Position numbers and translations under genes: made by a program. Under the pieces are notes generated by a model. It had not been told where the DNA came from. It ran no database searches and saw nothing but the letters and a program-made list of their open reading frames with translations. A stretch of 64,000 bases of DNA. Origin: Octopus vulgaris. Taxonomy: Eukaryota. Positions 26,429-40,819 of this stretch are shown here, piece by piece. Numbering within the stretch: position 1 is the stretch's first letter; each line of letters opens with the position of its first letter. The stretch is taken from positions 49,600,001-49,664,000 of the forward strand of contig OX597815.1 in the NCBI GenBank assembly GCA_951406725.2, written 5' to 3'.

Positions 26429-26625
26429 TACTATATATATGTGTGTATATCAATAGCAGGTAAAGGTTGGGGTACATAATCTAGACATTTACCTCATGAA
26501 ATGTTAAGAACTTGACACAAGATTGGTCAAAATGTGAATTGTTAAAATGATTGTAAACAATGTTATAAAAATAATTTCATTAACTCCATTCTTCATTCTT
26601 TATATGTATATATATATATTCATGT

Positions 26626-26680
<55 letters not shown>

Positions 26681-27290
26681 TGCATGCACACACATATATA
26701 CATGTGTACATTGATAGAGAGATAGTTAACACCAATATATATATATAAGATTTCATTTGTATACTCATTTTATTTTATGCTAGCATGAATTAGAAGAATA
26801 TATTATTGAGGCATTATTTTATGGCCACATGCACCTTCTGTTGCTAAACTTCAACTGTTTTCAGCAAAATATCTCTTATTCCATATGACTTTGAAGTCTC
26901 ACAGGCTGCAGCTGGTCTGTTGATTGGAGAAATGAGAACTTCGTCATTACTTGTAGCTCAGCACCTTTCAGAAAATCGCAATTGTAAACAAACACATAGG
27001 TACACAAACCAGAGTAGACACAGAAACACACTCATACATTCCTGCATATACATGCTCACATGCACACACATATATATATACAGATACTCACATAAATGCA
27101 TATACACACCCACATGCACATATATATATATAAATACACATACATAATAGGTATAAATAAGTACACACATATATATGCAATTTTTACTGGAAGATGTCAT
27201 CTCTTACTTGAAAACCCCTACACACGTACAAACACACATATATACATATATGTATGTGTATGCATGTGTGTGTATTCACACACACACACA

Positions 27291-27349
<59 letters not shown>

Positions 27350-29460
27350 CAATTTTGTTAGCAGCCATTTCATCAAACAATTAAAGAAAGCTTTATTTGA
27401 TGTCACAATGTACTTGCACTCCATAAATGACAAGAAAATCAACAAAAGTGAAGAAGAAAAAATACTGTATTCAAAAGAAAGGATGTTTTATTATTTCGTC
27501 TCTCTCTCTCTCTCTCTTTCTCTCACAAACACACACACACACACACACACATGAAGCAAAGACAGAATCTTCAGTGGCTTCATAGCGACATATTAACATA
27601 CATATATCATATATATATATATATATAGCATTTGTGTGTGTGTAAGTGTTCATATGCATTTATGTATATATGTGCATGCACTTGCAAAATTATATAGTTA
27701 CTTCACTCAAAAAGGTATTTTTCTGTCTTTTCAAAAATTTCAAAAATGTAAATATATTTTTTTTAAAGTAAAGGGCAGAAATGAAATTGAAAAAAAAAAT
27801 AAATAAATAAAAAGAGAAAAAGTTTTTAAAAAATGGGAATACATTTGAATATATTTGAAAACAATTGTGAAATTCTTACTGAAGTGTTTGGAAATAAAAG
27901 ACAAAATAATTTTTTTAAAGAACTAAAAAACAATACTTTTATTGAGATAAAATCTATAAAAGAAAACGTTTTCTCTTATTCCTACCCATTCTGAAAAATT
28001 TCTTGTTTTGAAATATATAACTTTAGCATCAGTAACATGACACAAACACAAATATGAGTATACAGACATACATACACACACACAAACATATATATACACA
28101 CACACACATGTGTGTGTGTATATGTGTGTGTTTATATATGTATCTATATGCATGTATATATGTATATATATATATCTATGTGTATATGTATATATACATA
28201 TGAATACATATAATATATATATATACATACACACATATATACATGCACACACACACATATATATATAACTATATATATATATGTATATACATATATGTAT
28301 ATATATATACATATATGTAATATATATAAACATATATACATGTATATATATATATATATATATACACATATATATACACACACATATATATATATGCATA
28401 TATACACGCAAACGAATTTATGTATGTGTATATATATGTGTGTATTATATAAATGGCTGTGTATAAGAGACTTACATGAAAGAACCAAACCTTCAAAGTA
28501 ATCAAAGGGTTATATAGTTTAGAAAATGCTACAAAGATATTACTGATGTAAGCACTGGTGGGCTGGCTAGGAAAAACAGAAAAAGAGAGAAAGAAAGGGC
28601 AAGAGATGAAAACGTATGGAAGATTCTATAGTTTTAGAGTATTGTGGTGGCACCAGTGCATTGTCTTTGAGATATTCTTTAGGGAGAAATTTCTAAATAT
28701 TTATCTTAATGATAATTATGAAAAATATAACAAAATTTAGTGAAAGAGGGAGAACAATGGTGAGAGTTCTATTAAATGATGTCTCATTATCAGCATTTCC
28801 ATCATCACAGCCACCATTACCACTACCAGCTCCATAACAGCCTCCCCTCCTCAATTTTCTGCTACTCTTTATTAAGATGACAATATTAAATTTCTTATTG
28901 TTTCAAGTATTACAAACAAATTGAAGTAATAGGAATTATGATGATGAATTTAACAATTATAAATAGAATTTAATGGTTTAAGTAAAATAACACAGATCAT
29001 AATCATTACATAATCATGAATATGTAATTATATAATGAGAGAGGTTCTTAAGTAACTTGTTTTTTATGAGTAGAACATATTTGTTTATCAGTAGAGCTTT
29101 ATAAACCGTTAGAATAAATATCTAAAAAGACATAAGCTTAACATTTGACAGTGGCTATTATGTCATATCCTTCTCTTTTATAGATAGAAGACTTTAGTAG
29201 AATGTACCTGCAGATCTACAAACCATTAAGTAAAGATTTTAAATTACTGTTTCAGTTTCTTGGACAAGTACCATCTGCTTTTGGTGAGCCTTTAGCTGAC
29301 TATTGCCCTATCAGTGAAATTTAGTTGACAGAAATTGTACAGAAAAGGCCATTTGTGTGTGTTTGTGTGTGTGTGTTTCTGTATACATACACACACAGAC
29401 CCCAGTTGAACCGTCCAACCCATGCTAGCATGGAAAGCGGACGTTAAATGATGATGATGA

Positions 29461-29514
<54 letters not shown>

Positions 29515-29518
<4 letters not shown>

Positions 29519-30085
29519 TCCCCCACTCTCTCACGTTTCTCTGTCTTTCTCGCTGTGCACCATTGCTTCTGTTGCCAAGCCATCTTTGGCGCGCTCTGTC
29601 TCTTCCCCCTCTTCCTTCCATCCTCTTTAATTCCCTCATGTGACCTGCTGAATAACCAGCCATTCCATTGGTGACCGCTGCCGGTTCAACATTGTTTTCG
29701 TCTGCCAAAAAGACATTTTTTCAAAACACGCCTGCTAGATAAGTTAAATTTGTCTAAAGTCGTAAGACACCTGCTGTTATCCTGTTATTACCATTCTTGT
29801 TTTTGTTTTTATTTTTGTTTTTGTTTTTTTGTATTTATATTCGTGTGGCTTCGTCCGTTTTTCTGTCCTTGTTTCGTTTACAATTCGATCCTTTTTCCAA
29901 GAAATCTAATGCTCGCAGCTTAGTTTTTCATTGGGGCTGGCCGTGTCGGAGCAATATCAGGATTAATCAGCCGAAATTTGCTATGATGATCCGGTTTCTG
30001 ACTGAAGATTAAAGGCTTCGAATGACCTGTCCGTTTTTTGTGTTCGTCTCTTTGTGTATTTCACGTTCTTGTTCCTTTTTTTATA
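29515..30085 (+). mobile_element. Unclassified dispersed repeat, possibly a Penelope-like terminal repeat; copy 1
   Basis: CCAAGAAATCTAATGCT...GGGGCTGGCCG...CAGCCGAAATTTGCTATGATGAT...CTGACTGAAGATT-AAGGCTTCGAATG shared with 31168-31340; flanked by (TA)n. Confidence 0.55.
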
Positions 30086-30871
30086 TATAATTTTTATACC
30101 TATATATATATATATATATATAGCACTTGAAAAATATCTATGGAAAAAATTATTTCACACTGAGGTTACGAACAGGTCTTTTACGAAATATTTATGCCAA
30201 AAAAAATTTGGGGAATGGTATTCACTTGAAAATAATTTTAAAAACCTTAAAATTTTGTCTGTTTAAAGAAAGCTAAAATATAATACTTATTGCACAAACA
30301 ACTTACGTTTTTGAAACACATTCACTTAAAAATATTTCTAAATGATTAAAATATTGTGTTTAAGAAAAGCAAAAATAGAAACATTTTTCAGTGTCAAGTC
30401 ACTGTGTAAGAGTTACTTATCTTTCAGGATCAAGTTAATTTCAGGGACTTTTCCCATTATTCACCGTTTTGTGTATTTACACCCCCCAAAAGCTCTTAAT
30501 ATCTTCACAACTACTTATCCAAGTTATGCAAAATTTGCTTCATTCCACTTGTATTTACATTTCAGTGGAAACTTAATTCATAGTATTTTCCCATTATGCG
30601 CCAGTTTGCCTGAGTAACATTGCAAGCAAGCAAGCAATACTCAGTATGACTTTTAATGTATTATAGATGTGTGTGTGTGTGTGTGTGAGTGAGTGTGTAG
30701 GTTATAGGCCACCAGCTATTAGGCTCTGAAGAAATGTTGTACAGATAAGCACTTTATGGACATGAAAACCTGAGTCACCCCATAGACCGATCATAACTAT
30801 CTTTAATCTAGTTACTCTATTGCTTTATAACTTAGAGTGTGTTTCTCTTTCAGATTTATGATTTACTGATG

Positions 30872-30926
<55 letters not shown>

Positions 30927-30934
30927 TATATATA

Positions 30935-31362
30935 TCTCCACCATTTCGTTGGCGATCATATCTCGCTAACATCTGTATTTGTCCCCTCTACCGAAAAGGT
31001 AATTATTTCTATGCCTGCTGCTATGTTTGTTGTTTTTGTCTCATTTGGTCTAAAGTCGTATGACAACCACCGTTATATTATATTTTGTTTAACCGTTACC
31101 GTTTTCAATTTCGTTTTCGTCTCTTGTATTTACATCCGTCTCGTGCGTTCACATTCCTGTCTTCTACCAAGAAATCTAATGCTTACAGCTTAGTTTTTTT
31201 CTTGGGGCTGGCCGAGTTGGAGCAAATATCGGAATTGAACAGCCGAAATTTGCTATGATGATTCGGTGTCTGACTGAAGATTGAAGGCTTCGAATGATTT
31301 GTCTGTGTTCCGTGTTTGTCCCTTCCTGTATTTCACGTTCTTTATGTATAAAACATTTATCC
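30935..31362 (+). mobile_element. Same repeat family, copy 2
   Basis: Homologous to 29890-30070. Confidence 0.55.
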
Positions 31363-32654
31363 TTATATATATATATATATATATAATATACACATGCCTG
31401 ATCATGCACACATATATATATACAAATATATATATGGGCAAAGCACATGTTTCTTTATGTTTTCTCCAAACAATATGCCCTGTAGCTTGGTTTGTGTGCC
31501 AGTTTCTGACACACAGTGATACTGATGATGAAGTTGATGATAAACAATGATTGGATGCTCAAGCTCATTTTAGTTATTTCCTTAGACTGAATGTTTTATT
31601 GTCTGCTTAGTCAGGTCAGTGGAGCCTGAAAGAACAAAAATTTACCCCAAAACTTCTACAGTTGTTTCACACCAGATAAATTAAAACTTCAGATCACAAA
31701 TTAAATTGCCTTTTTCTGATAATCAAAGAGACCAGCCCTGTCTGAGTCTGAGATGGAGTGGATAAGAGAAAATAATTTTAGCTGACACATTACACTAATC
31801 TTATTAATGAATATAAAATTTGGCAACATTGTGACTGACACCCTTGGTTTGTTCGGGTTAATTTTTTATTATTTTTTGTTCATACACTTTATAAGCCAAC
31901 ATTAGACTCTGCAGTCATTTACCTTAAATACTGAAATCACACCTTAAACCGCCAATCAAATTTCCTTAAGTTTCGTTACATATCCTTTCATGAGTTAAAA
32001 TCCAAGCAATCATTTTCATTCACCTTTCTATTTTTATTTATTTATACCTATTTATCTCATATGAAATCACATTTAACACCTGCAATGAAGGTGAAATTTT
32101 CTATCTATCTTACACATCTTATCTTATGATTATATCAATAATTTATGGATGAATTTAATAGAAATATGAAGGGAGACAATGCATGTTTCCTTGATTGTGT
32201 CAAAGGAAAAAATAAACAGTAATGAAACCACAAAATCTTTTAACAGTCTTTTCATAGACCAAAGTTATAACAGATATCACACATATTAAGTGATACTATT
32301 TAAATAATAATAATGTTATTGTGATTATTTCTGCTTTATGTGAGAGGTGAGATTACAGGTATCCAAGTGTGAGAATCAGAAATAAGCTACATATTTAAAG
32401 TAAATTTCCCCCCAAAATAATTCCATAGGGTAGTTATAACAACAACAACAACAACAACAACAATAGCAATGAACAATGGAATCTCAAATCATCCTAAAGT
32501 TTCATCCTTAAAAAAAAAGAGGTGGGTACATTAGATAATGTAGTCCCTGATGCACCATGCAGGGAATGCTCAAAGTTAGAATGACTTTGATGAAGGCTGC
32601 TGTCAGTAGCATAGTGTGAGATATGTGGACCACACAGCTTCGCCCCTAAATACA

Positions 32655-33382
32655 TTCTTTATCTTTTATTTGTTTTGTTTGTCTTACACTGGGAGGCACC
32701 ACCTTGAATGATGAACAAATCAATCTCAGTACTTAAATCTTAAAAGTCTGGTACTTATTCTGCTGGTCTCTTTTGCCAAACTGGTACAAGAAACCTGCAA
32801 AACCTACAGTGATGATCAGCAGCAGGGAAGAAGGTGGGAAACACAAATACACTTAGAGAGACACACACACACTTCGACATATGTATGCATGATGGGCTTC
32901 CACACAGTTTCCTTCTGCCAAACTCACTAACAAGGTAATGGTTGGCTCAGGGCTCTAATAGTAAACACATGCACAAAGTGCCACACAGTGGGACTGAACT
33001 AGAAACCACGTAGTTGTAAAGTGAGCTTCCTAGCCACACATCTGTGCTGAATGGTTTTCTATATTATTCATATAGGTCCCAACTTCCCACCTCTTTGTCT
33101 ATTGATTTGTTGATAAAATTACCAAAAAACAGTATATCCTATTTTGATAGAAAGATGTAACCAAAGTTGGTTTCAAATTTTGATACAAGGCCAGCAATAT
33201 CAGGGTAGGGGGTAAGGTTGATTTCATTGACCCAGTGCTCAACTGGTACTAGTTTTATCAACCATGAAAGAATAAAAGGCAGAGTCAACCTTGGCAGAAT
33301 TTGAGCTTAAAGCATTAAGACTGACAAAATACTAGTAAACATTTTGCCCAATGTACTAATCATTCTGCTAACTCCCTACCTC
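32655..33382 (-). mobile_element. Decayed SINE A (32655-33045) and SINE C (33168-33382)
   Basis: Family motifs. Confidence 0.7.
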
Positions 33383-34891
33383 AAAGGAAAATTTGAACTG
33401 AGAACATTAAAACAGACAAAAAGTTAGAAAATTACTATTTGTAAATCTCACAATGTGAGATATTCAACAACAGTACTTTGGAGTAAAAATTTTTTGCCAA
33501 TATAACATGGCAGTCCTGGTTTAGGATGAATGTTGCTATAATTTAGCCCCAGGAGACATCGTTTCCATCTGGCTATATGACATGATATGTGTCTTTATAT
33601 TTTCGAACAAGGGAATCTAACACCTCCACTCAGTTCAAAACAATATCAGTGTATCGCAATTTCTGGGTTATTTCTCTTCATCAACACAATAATTGTTCAG
33701 CTAGAGGTGATGCTGCCAAATACCTCTTCGAAAGTTGTAAAGCATTTTCTCAGTGTGCAATGGTTCTGCAAGCTTGCCACCTTAAAATGTGACAAAAAAT
33801 AAATCCATGAGTACTAAAAACAAGTTTTTCCATACATCATATTTTGAAGCATCTGGGAGCATCATCAATGAAGTTTCCTTGGGTCTTTAGTTATTTTTCA
33901 ACATCAGACACTTTCATCCAGGCAACCAAACCCTAGCACAAGTCCAATTAGCACTAACTCTGGTAACACTACTCTTCCATAGTGCACACCTCCTGATCTA
34001 CAGCCACCTTGAAGTAACTTCCACAGGCAATCTGATGGCCTTCCACCTATGAACCCAGGAATAAGAGGTGCAGGGGATGAAAGTGCATCTAAAATTTATA
34101 TTGTATGCAAAATCAAAATTTGCACCCCTACTTACTTTTCATTTAGAAGACAATGAGTTAAAAGTGGGCTGTAAAAAGTAGCTTGTAGTTAGGTTTTTTC
34201 TCAAAGAACAAAAATAAATTTAAGAAAAAGCAATAAGACTTTGTCTGTAAAAAAGTTTGGGGCCTAGGTTTGCACTGCCTAAGCAAATTTCGTTCCTGAG
34301 CCAGTGCTTCTACCTAATGGCCAAGCATTATATTAAGAGGCCAGTTTAAGATATGTTTTATTAAACATGCTGGAAAATATTGACAGTTTTGAGAGAGAGA
34401 GAGAAGTATACATGTTCAAAAAGATAGTGAGGGAGTGGCAGAAGCAAAGAAAAAATAGAAACACCCAAGAGAACACCAGAAACAAAATATGCCAAACAGT
34501 TTCAAATTAGTGAAAGACATGACTTGGATATGTGAATTACATGCAAATGGGTTTTGTTGACACTTGCATAGCTATTAAAATAAAAGCATGATACAAGTGG
34601 ATAAAATATTTCTTAAAACTTCCTCGCATCACCCGGGATGTTGTGCAAGATTCATGACTAGATGCAGTTTAGCCTTATCTCAGTGAACTTGGAGTAGTGA
34701 TTGACTCATGAAATCATTGTGTGGATATTATAAATGCATTTTTAATAAAGTTCATTAAAATCAGTTTGGGAATGCTTATATTATGCTTATATTATCCTAC
34801 CACAATACCATGAACATACATATATCTCTGTGTGTGTATATATACATATATATATATAGGAGATAGGGGTGTGTATATATATATATATATG

Positions 34892-34943
<52 letters not shown>

Positions 34944-35548
34944 TATACGTACATGTACGTGTGTGTATATACACACATATATTTGCAAACACACGCACAC
35001 CTATCATGTGTGCAAAACATATGTTTCATTCTCTACTGGCCCGTTGTAATCCCATTAGATGCTATGTATGTCAGCAGTCATGTAGTCAGTCAAGAGTGAT
35101 ATTTAAAATCACTGCTTGGTCTATTTGTTCTGGGCATAGATTTTATAAATATGTTGCTATAATGTCTATGGTTCTAGGACCTAGCTAAACAGTATTAGCA
35201 ATAACTGGACTTGATTCAACTAAATGCATATATAATTTAAATGCAATTGCCAGCGAAGCTGCAAACAGCATTCATAAAATGTAACATGATTCTTACATAT
35301 GGGTCAGTGGCTGAAGCTAAAATATTGTAAACACAAAATGGGTATGATTTGTATATAATTATACAGAGGAGGCAAAAGGTTGAAAATTTGTAGAGGAATA
35401 TTTAGTCAATTAAAGTGATTCCAGGACTTTATTTTATCAAACCTAGAAGAAAGAAAGGCAAAACTGACTTCAGTAAGATTTGAACTCAAAATATAAACAG
35501 CCTGAATAAAAACCACAAGGAATATATACTACTCTATTAATCATAATA

Positions 35549-35960
35549 ATGGTTTCAAATTTCAGTACAAGGCCAGTAAATTCAGAAGAGCGGAAGTTGA
35601 TTACATCAACCCCAATGTTTAACTGGTACTTATTTTGTCAACCCCAAAAGGATGAAACACAGAGCTGACTTCAACAAAATTTGAACTCAGAACATGAAGA
35701 CAGATGAAATGATAAGTGTTCCAGTTGATCTGATCAACTGAACAGCCTTCTTGTGAAATCAATATGCAAGTGGCTGATTGCTTCACAGACATGCATACCC
35801 TTATTACTACAGTTCTCAGGGAGATTCAGCATGACATAGAGTGTAAGAAGACCGGCCCTTTAAATTACAAGTGCGACTCACTTTTGCCAGCTGAAGTGAC
35901 TGGAGCAACAAGAAATAAAATTTCTTGCTCAAGGACTCAATGCACTACTGGGAATCCTTG
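35549..35960 (-). mobile_element. SINE C fragment joined to a SINE E fragment
   Basis: Family motifs; junction near 35712. Confidence 0.7.
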
Positions 35961-37039
35961 TTAAAAACTGGCATTTGTTCTTCTGCCAAAATCCTACATA
36001 GCCTAAGTTTCATAGGCTACATTGATAAATACATGAATAAGTAAATAAATAATTGAATAAATAAATTAATTAATTACTGTTAAATGAGAAGGACACTTTA
36101 AGTGAGAAGGCTCAACTGACTCAACACGCAAATATAATTTTGAATTGATGACCCTATAAGCATGAGCCAAATATCCTAGCCACAAAGCAGAACTACCTCA
36201 GTGGAGGAAGGATTGTTTATTACATTAATAAACTAAGGAGAATCAAACCTAGTTCAAACAGGAAACTTAATATAAAAACGTTGATATATTTTAACATTTT
36301 AGAAAGCTGAAGTGTTTTACACCACAGAGTTATTTTCCCTTGGTTGAATATATAAAATGTGCAGGACATGAGATTTACTAATTGCATTCTTGAAAGCTTT
36401 AATGCTTGCATGTCAAACAACAACAAAGCTGTTAAGCTGTCTCTCAAGGAACTTGATGAATTGACAATGAATAGCAGTACAAGGAAGTTATTATGTTATG
36501 ATTGGCAGACTGGCATCAGTATAAAATGTGATGGCTGTGGATTCAAATAAATCATGGTGAATCATTAGCAAAGACCCCATTCACAAGAGAATTTCACTGA
36601 TATCTCGTGACATTGGAAAGGGATTAGATGTCTAAATTCCAAGAAAACTATATATCAGTCTATGTGAGTAAATACATATTTATACAAACATATATACAGA
36701 ATATATAGAGGAAGATAAATATCCTAAAGGCTCTCTTTTATATTTTATAAACACATAAGTAAAACCAGTATATACATACTGAAGCACATGCAACCACACA
36801 CATACACACATATGCATGTGTGTGCATACTATAGCCATGTGTGTGTGTATGTCTTTTATCTTTTATATATTTCAGTTCTCACACTGCAGCCATGTTGGGG
36901 CACCATCTTGAAGACATTTTTGTTGAATAAATCGACACCAGTACTATCTTTTTCAGCAGTGCTATCTTTTTCTATCATTCTCTTTTGCTGAATTTCTAAG
37001 TTACAGGGACATAAACACACCAATACCAGTTGTCAAGTA

Positions 37040-38099
<1,060 letters not shown>

Positions 38100-38108
38100 T
38101 ACCTATTA

Positions 38109-38400
38109 ATTAAAGAAATTCCAACTAAGTCTGATTTTCACGTTTTATTATCTGCAGTGATTACAATTTTACAATATTGAAATAAACCAGTACTTTCATG
38201 GGGTACGCAATCATCAGATTTATCTAGTGACAGACGTGTTCCACAATTGACTACTGTTGTCAACTGTTGAACATGACTGTCACTATATAAACTTGTTAAT
38301 AACATAGCACATGAAAATACTAGTTTATCTCAATATTGTAAATTGTAAAAATTGCAAATAATAAATCATATTAATCAGACATAGTTGGAATTTCATTGAT
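38109..38400. mobile_element. Foldback/MITE-like ~290-bp imperfect palindrome
   Basis: GAAATTCCAACTAAGTCTGATT / AATCAGACATAGTTGGAATTTC; TTACAATATTGAAATAAACCAGTACTTTCATG / CATGAAAATACTAGTTTATCTCAATATTGTAA; TAGTGACAG / CTGTCACTA. Confidence 0.8.
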
Positions 38401-38403
38401 ATG

Positions 38404-39670
38404 CAGGGTTTGGACAAAATAATGGAAACACCTTAAAATTTCAAACAAATTTATTTTAATATGGGGTAGGGCTGCCTTTGGCAGTAATCACAGCTTGAAT
38501 TCTACAAAGTATGGACTCATACAAAGTTTGTTTCCAAAGGAATTTTTGTCCATTCTTCAGCTAAAACAGTCTCCAGTTCTTGTAGTGATGATGGTGAAGG
38601 ATATCGACTCCTTACTTGTTTTTCTAAAATGCACCATAAATGTTCGATGATATTGAGATCTGGGGGCTGTATTGGCCAGATAAAATGTTCAATGTCACCA
38701 GAATGTGCCTCGTGCCATTCAGTAACAACTTTAGTTGTGTGAATTACTGCATTATCATCCTGAAAGATTGTGTTTCCCTCTGGAAACACTACCACAACCA
38801 TAGGATGAATTTGATCAGATAAAATGCTTAAATAGTCTTGACTATTAATTCTGCCACGAAGGGAAACCATTGGGCCAACGGATTTCCAAGATATAGCTCC
38901 ACCAGATCATCACAGATCCTCCCCCATGTTTAACAGTTGGAAGAAGGCAGCCTGGATCAAGTGCTTCTTTTGGCAGTCTCCACATGTATACTTGGCCAGT
39001 GGTCGGAAATAAAGTAAAGGATGACTTGTCCAAGAAAATAACATTCTTCCACTGCTCTGCAGACCAATTCTGTAGGTTTTTACTCAACTCTAAACACTTT
39101 GCAACGTTTGTTTTTGAAAAGTAGTTGTTTTCTGATTGCAGCCCTCCCATGAAATCCGGCTTTGTGCAGCTATCAGTGAACGATTTTTGTGGAAACTGGG
39201 TTCCTGAGGTAGTCATTAAGCTCTGCAGTAAATCTGGGAGCTGTACTTTTGTGATCCTTTCTAACAATTTGCATAAGAGTCCAGCAGTCCTTATCTGAAA
39301 GTTTTGGTTTTCTTCTGGAGTTTTGTTTTGATGAGGAGGTTTTTCCCACTTTCTCAAAGCTGTCATTACTTTCAAGACAGTTCTTCTTGATATACAAAAC
39401 ATTTTGGCTGTTTTCATTATGCTAGCACCTGCCATATGAGCACAAACAATTTGACCTCTTTGAAACTCTGATTGATCTGTCATTTTAATGAATTTTAATT
39501 ACCTTTTTCTGAGGATATCTGAAAAGAAACAGCAACTTTAGCAAAACATATAAAACAACACTAATAAATAAAAAAAACATAAAAATAAACAGGCTTTTGA
39601 TGGTTTTATAGATATTTCAAAATTATGATTCAATTATGCTCGGTGTTTCTATTATTTTGTCCAACTCCTG
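38404..39670 (-). mobile_element. Full-length 1267-bp Tc1/mariner transposon, DD36E (Incomer-like)
   Basis: 29-bp TIRs CAGGGTTTGGACAAAATAATGGAAACACC (38404-38432) and GGTGTTTCTATTATTTTGTCCAACTCCTG (39642-39670), 26/29 complementary; flanks read TG rather than TA. Confidence 0.93.
38456..39483 (-). pseudogene. Frameshifted Tc1-family transposase
   Basis: MTDQSEFQRGQIV (HTH), VIFLDKSSF, PTVKHGGGSVMIW, FQDDNAVIH...WPIQPPDLNIIEHLW, C-terminus RIQAVITAKGSPTPY*; several frameshifts and stops. Confidence 0.92.
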
Positions 39671-39846
39671 TGTGTATATATATGACAGGCTTCTTTCAGT
39701 GTCTGGCCATCAAATACATTCACAAGGCTTCAATCATCCTGAGGCTATAGTAGAAGACACTTGCCCAAGGTGCCATGCAGTAGGACTGAACTTGGAATAA
39801 TGTAGCTGGGAAGCAATCTTCTTACTACGGAGCCATGTCTTCACTT

Positions 39847-39887
<41 letters not shown>

Positions 39888-40395
39888 TTACACACATGTA
39901 CATACACACAAATGCATATATAATTACATATATAATATATAGAATTATATGCATGTGTGTGTGGCATTACTTGTATGAGATTTGGAAGACCATAGTTCAG
40001 ACGAGTACTCCATATACACATATGCATGTGTAAATATATTTATCAATGCACACATTGTCAGTGGCATTGGAAATTTTATTTATCTAATTATTAAAATCCA
40101 ATTCAGAAACTATTATAAATGCATGAGAATAACAGAGATGACCAAATACCACCAACATCAGCATCATCATCTATAGAAAATTAGAGCATGATACAAAAAA
40201 ACACTTTCTTTCAATCTTCTGTCATGTTGTCTGTGAAGTTAGAATACCCTTTACCAATTTTTTAAATGCCATTGTTGTCCAGCACCCCATATATATGAAT
40301 CCAATATATTCCTATTGATGGTCTGCACAATCACATATTTTAGTTCAACAATATATATATATATATATACACATATATATATATGTGTGTATATA

Positions 40396-40444
<49 letters not shown>

Positions 40445-40728
40445 GTATATATATATACGTATATATATATATATATCTGTGTGTGCGTATGTATGTGATT
40501 TATGGTATTACTAGTCTTAGTAGTAGTTGGCAGCAACAGCACCTCTTTTCAAAAACTGGCGTTTGTTCTTGTGCCACAATCCTACCCAACCTCAATTTCA
40601 TAGGCTACATTGATAAATAAATGAATAAATAATTAAATAAATTTCTGTTAAATGAAAAAGACACTCTGAGTGAGAGTGCTCAGCTGACTCAACACACTAA
40701 TAGGATTTTTAAAATATGTATATACAAA

Positions 40729-40764
<36 letters not shown>

Positions 40765-40819
40765 TGTATGTGTACATGTTTGTGTGTCTATATTTTATTA
40801 TTATTGTTATTATTATTCT

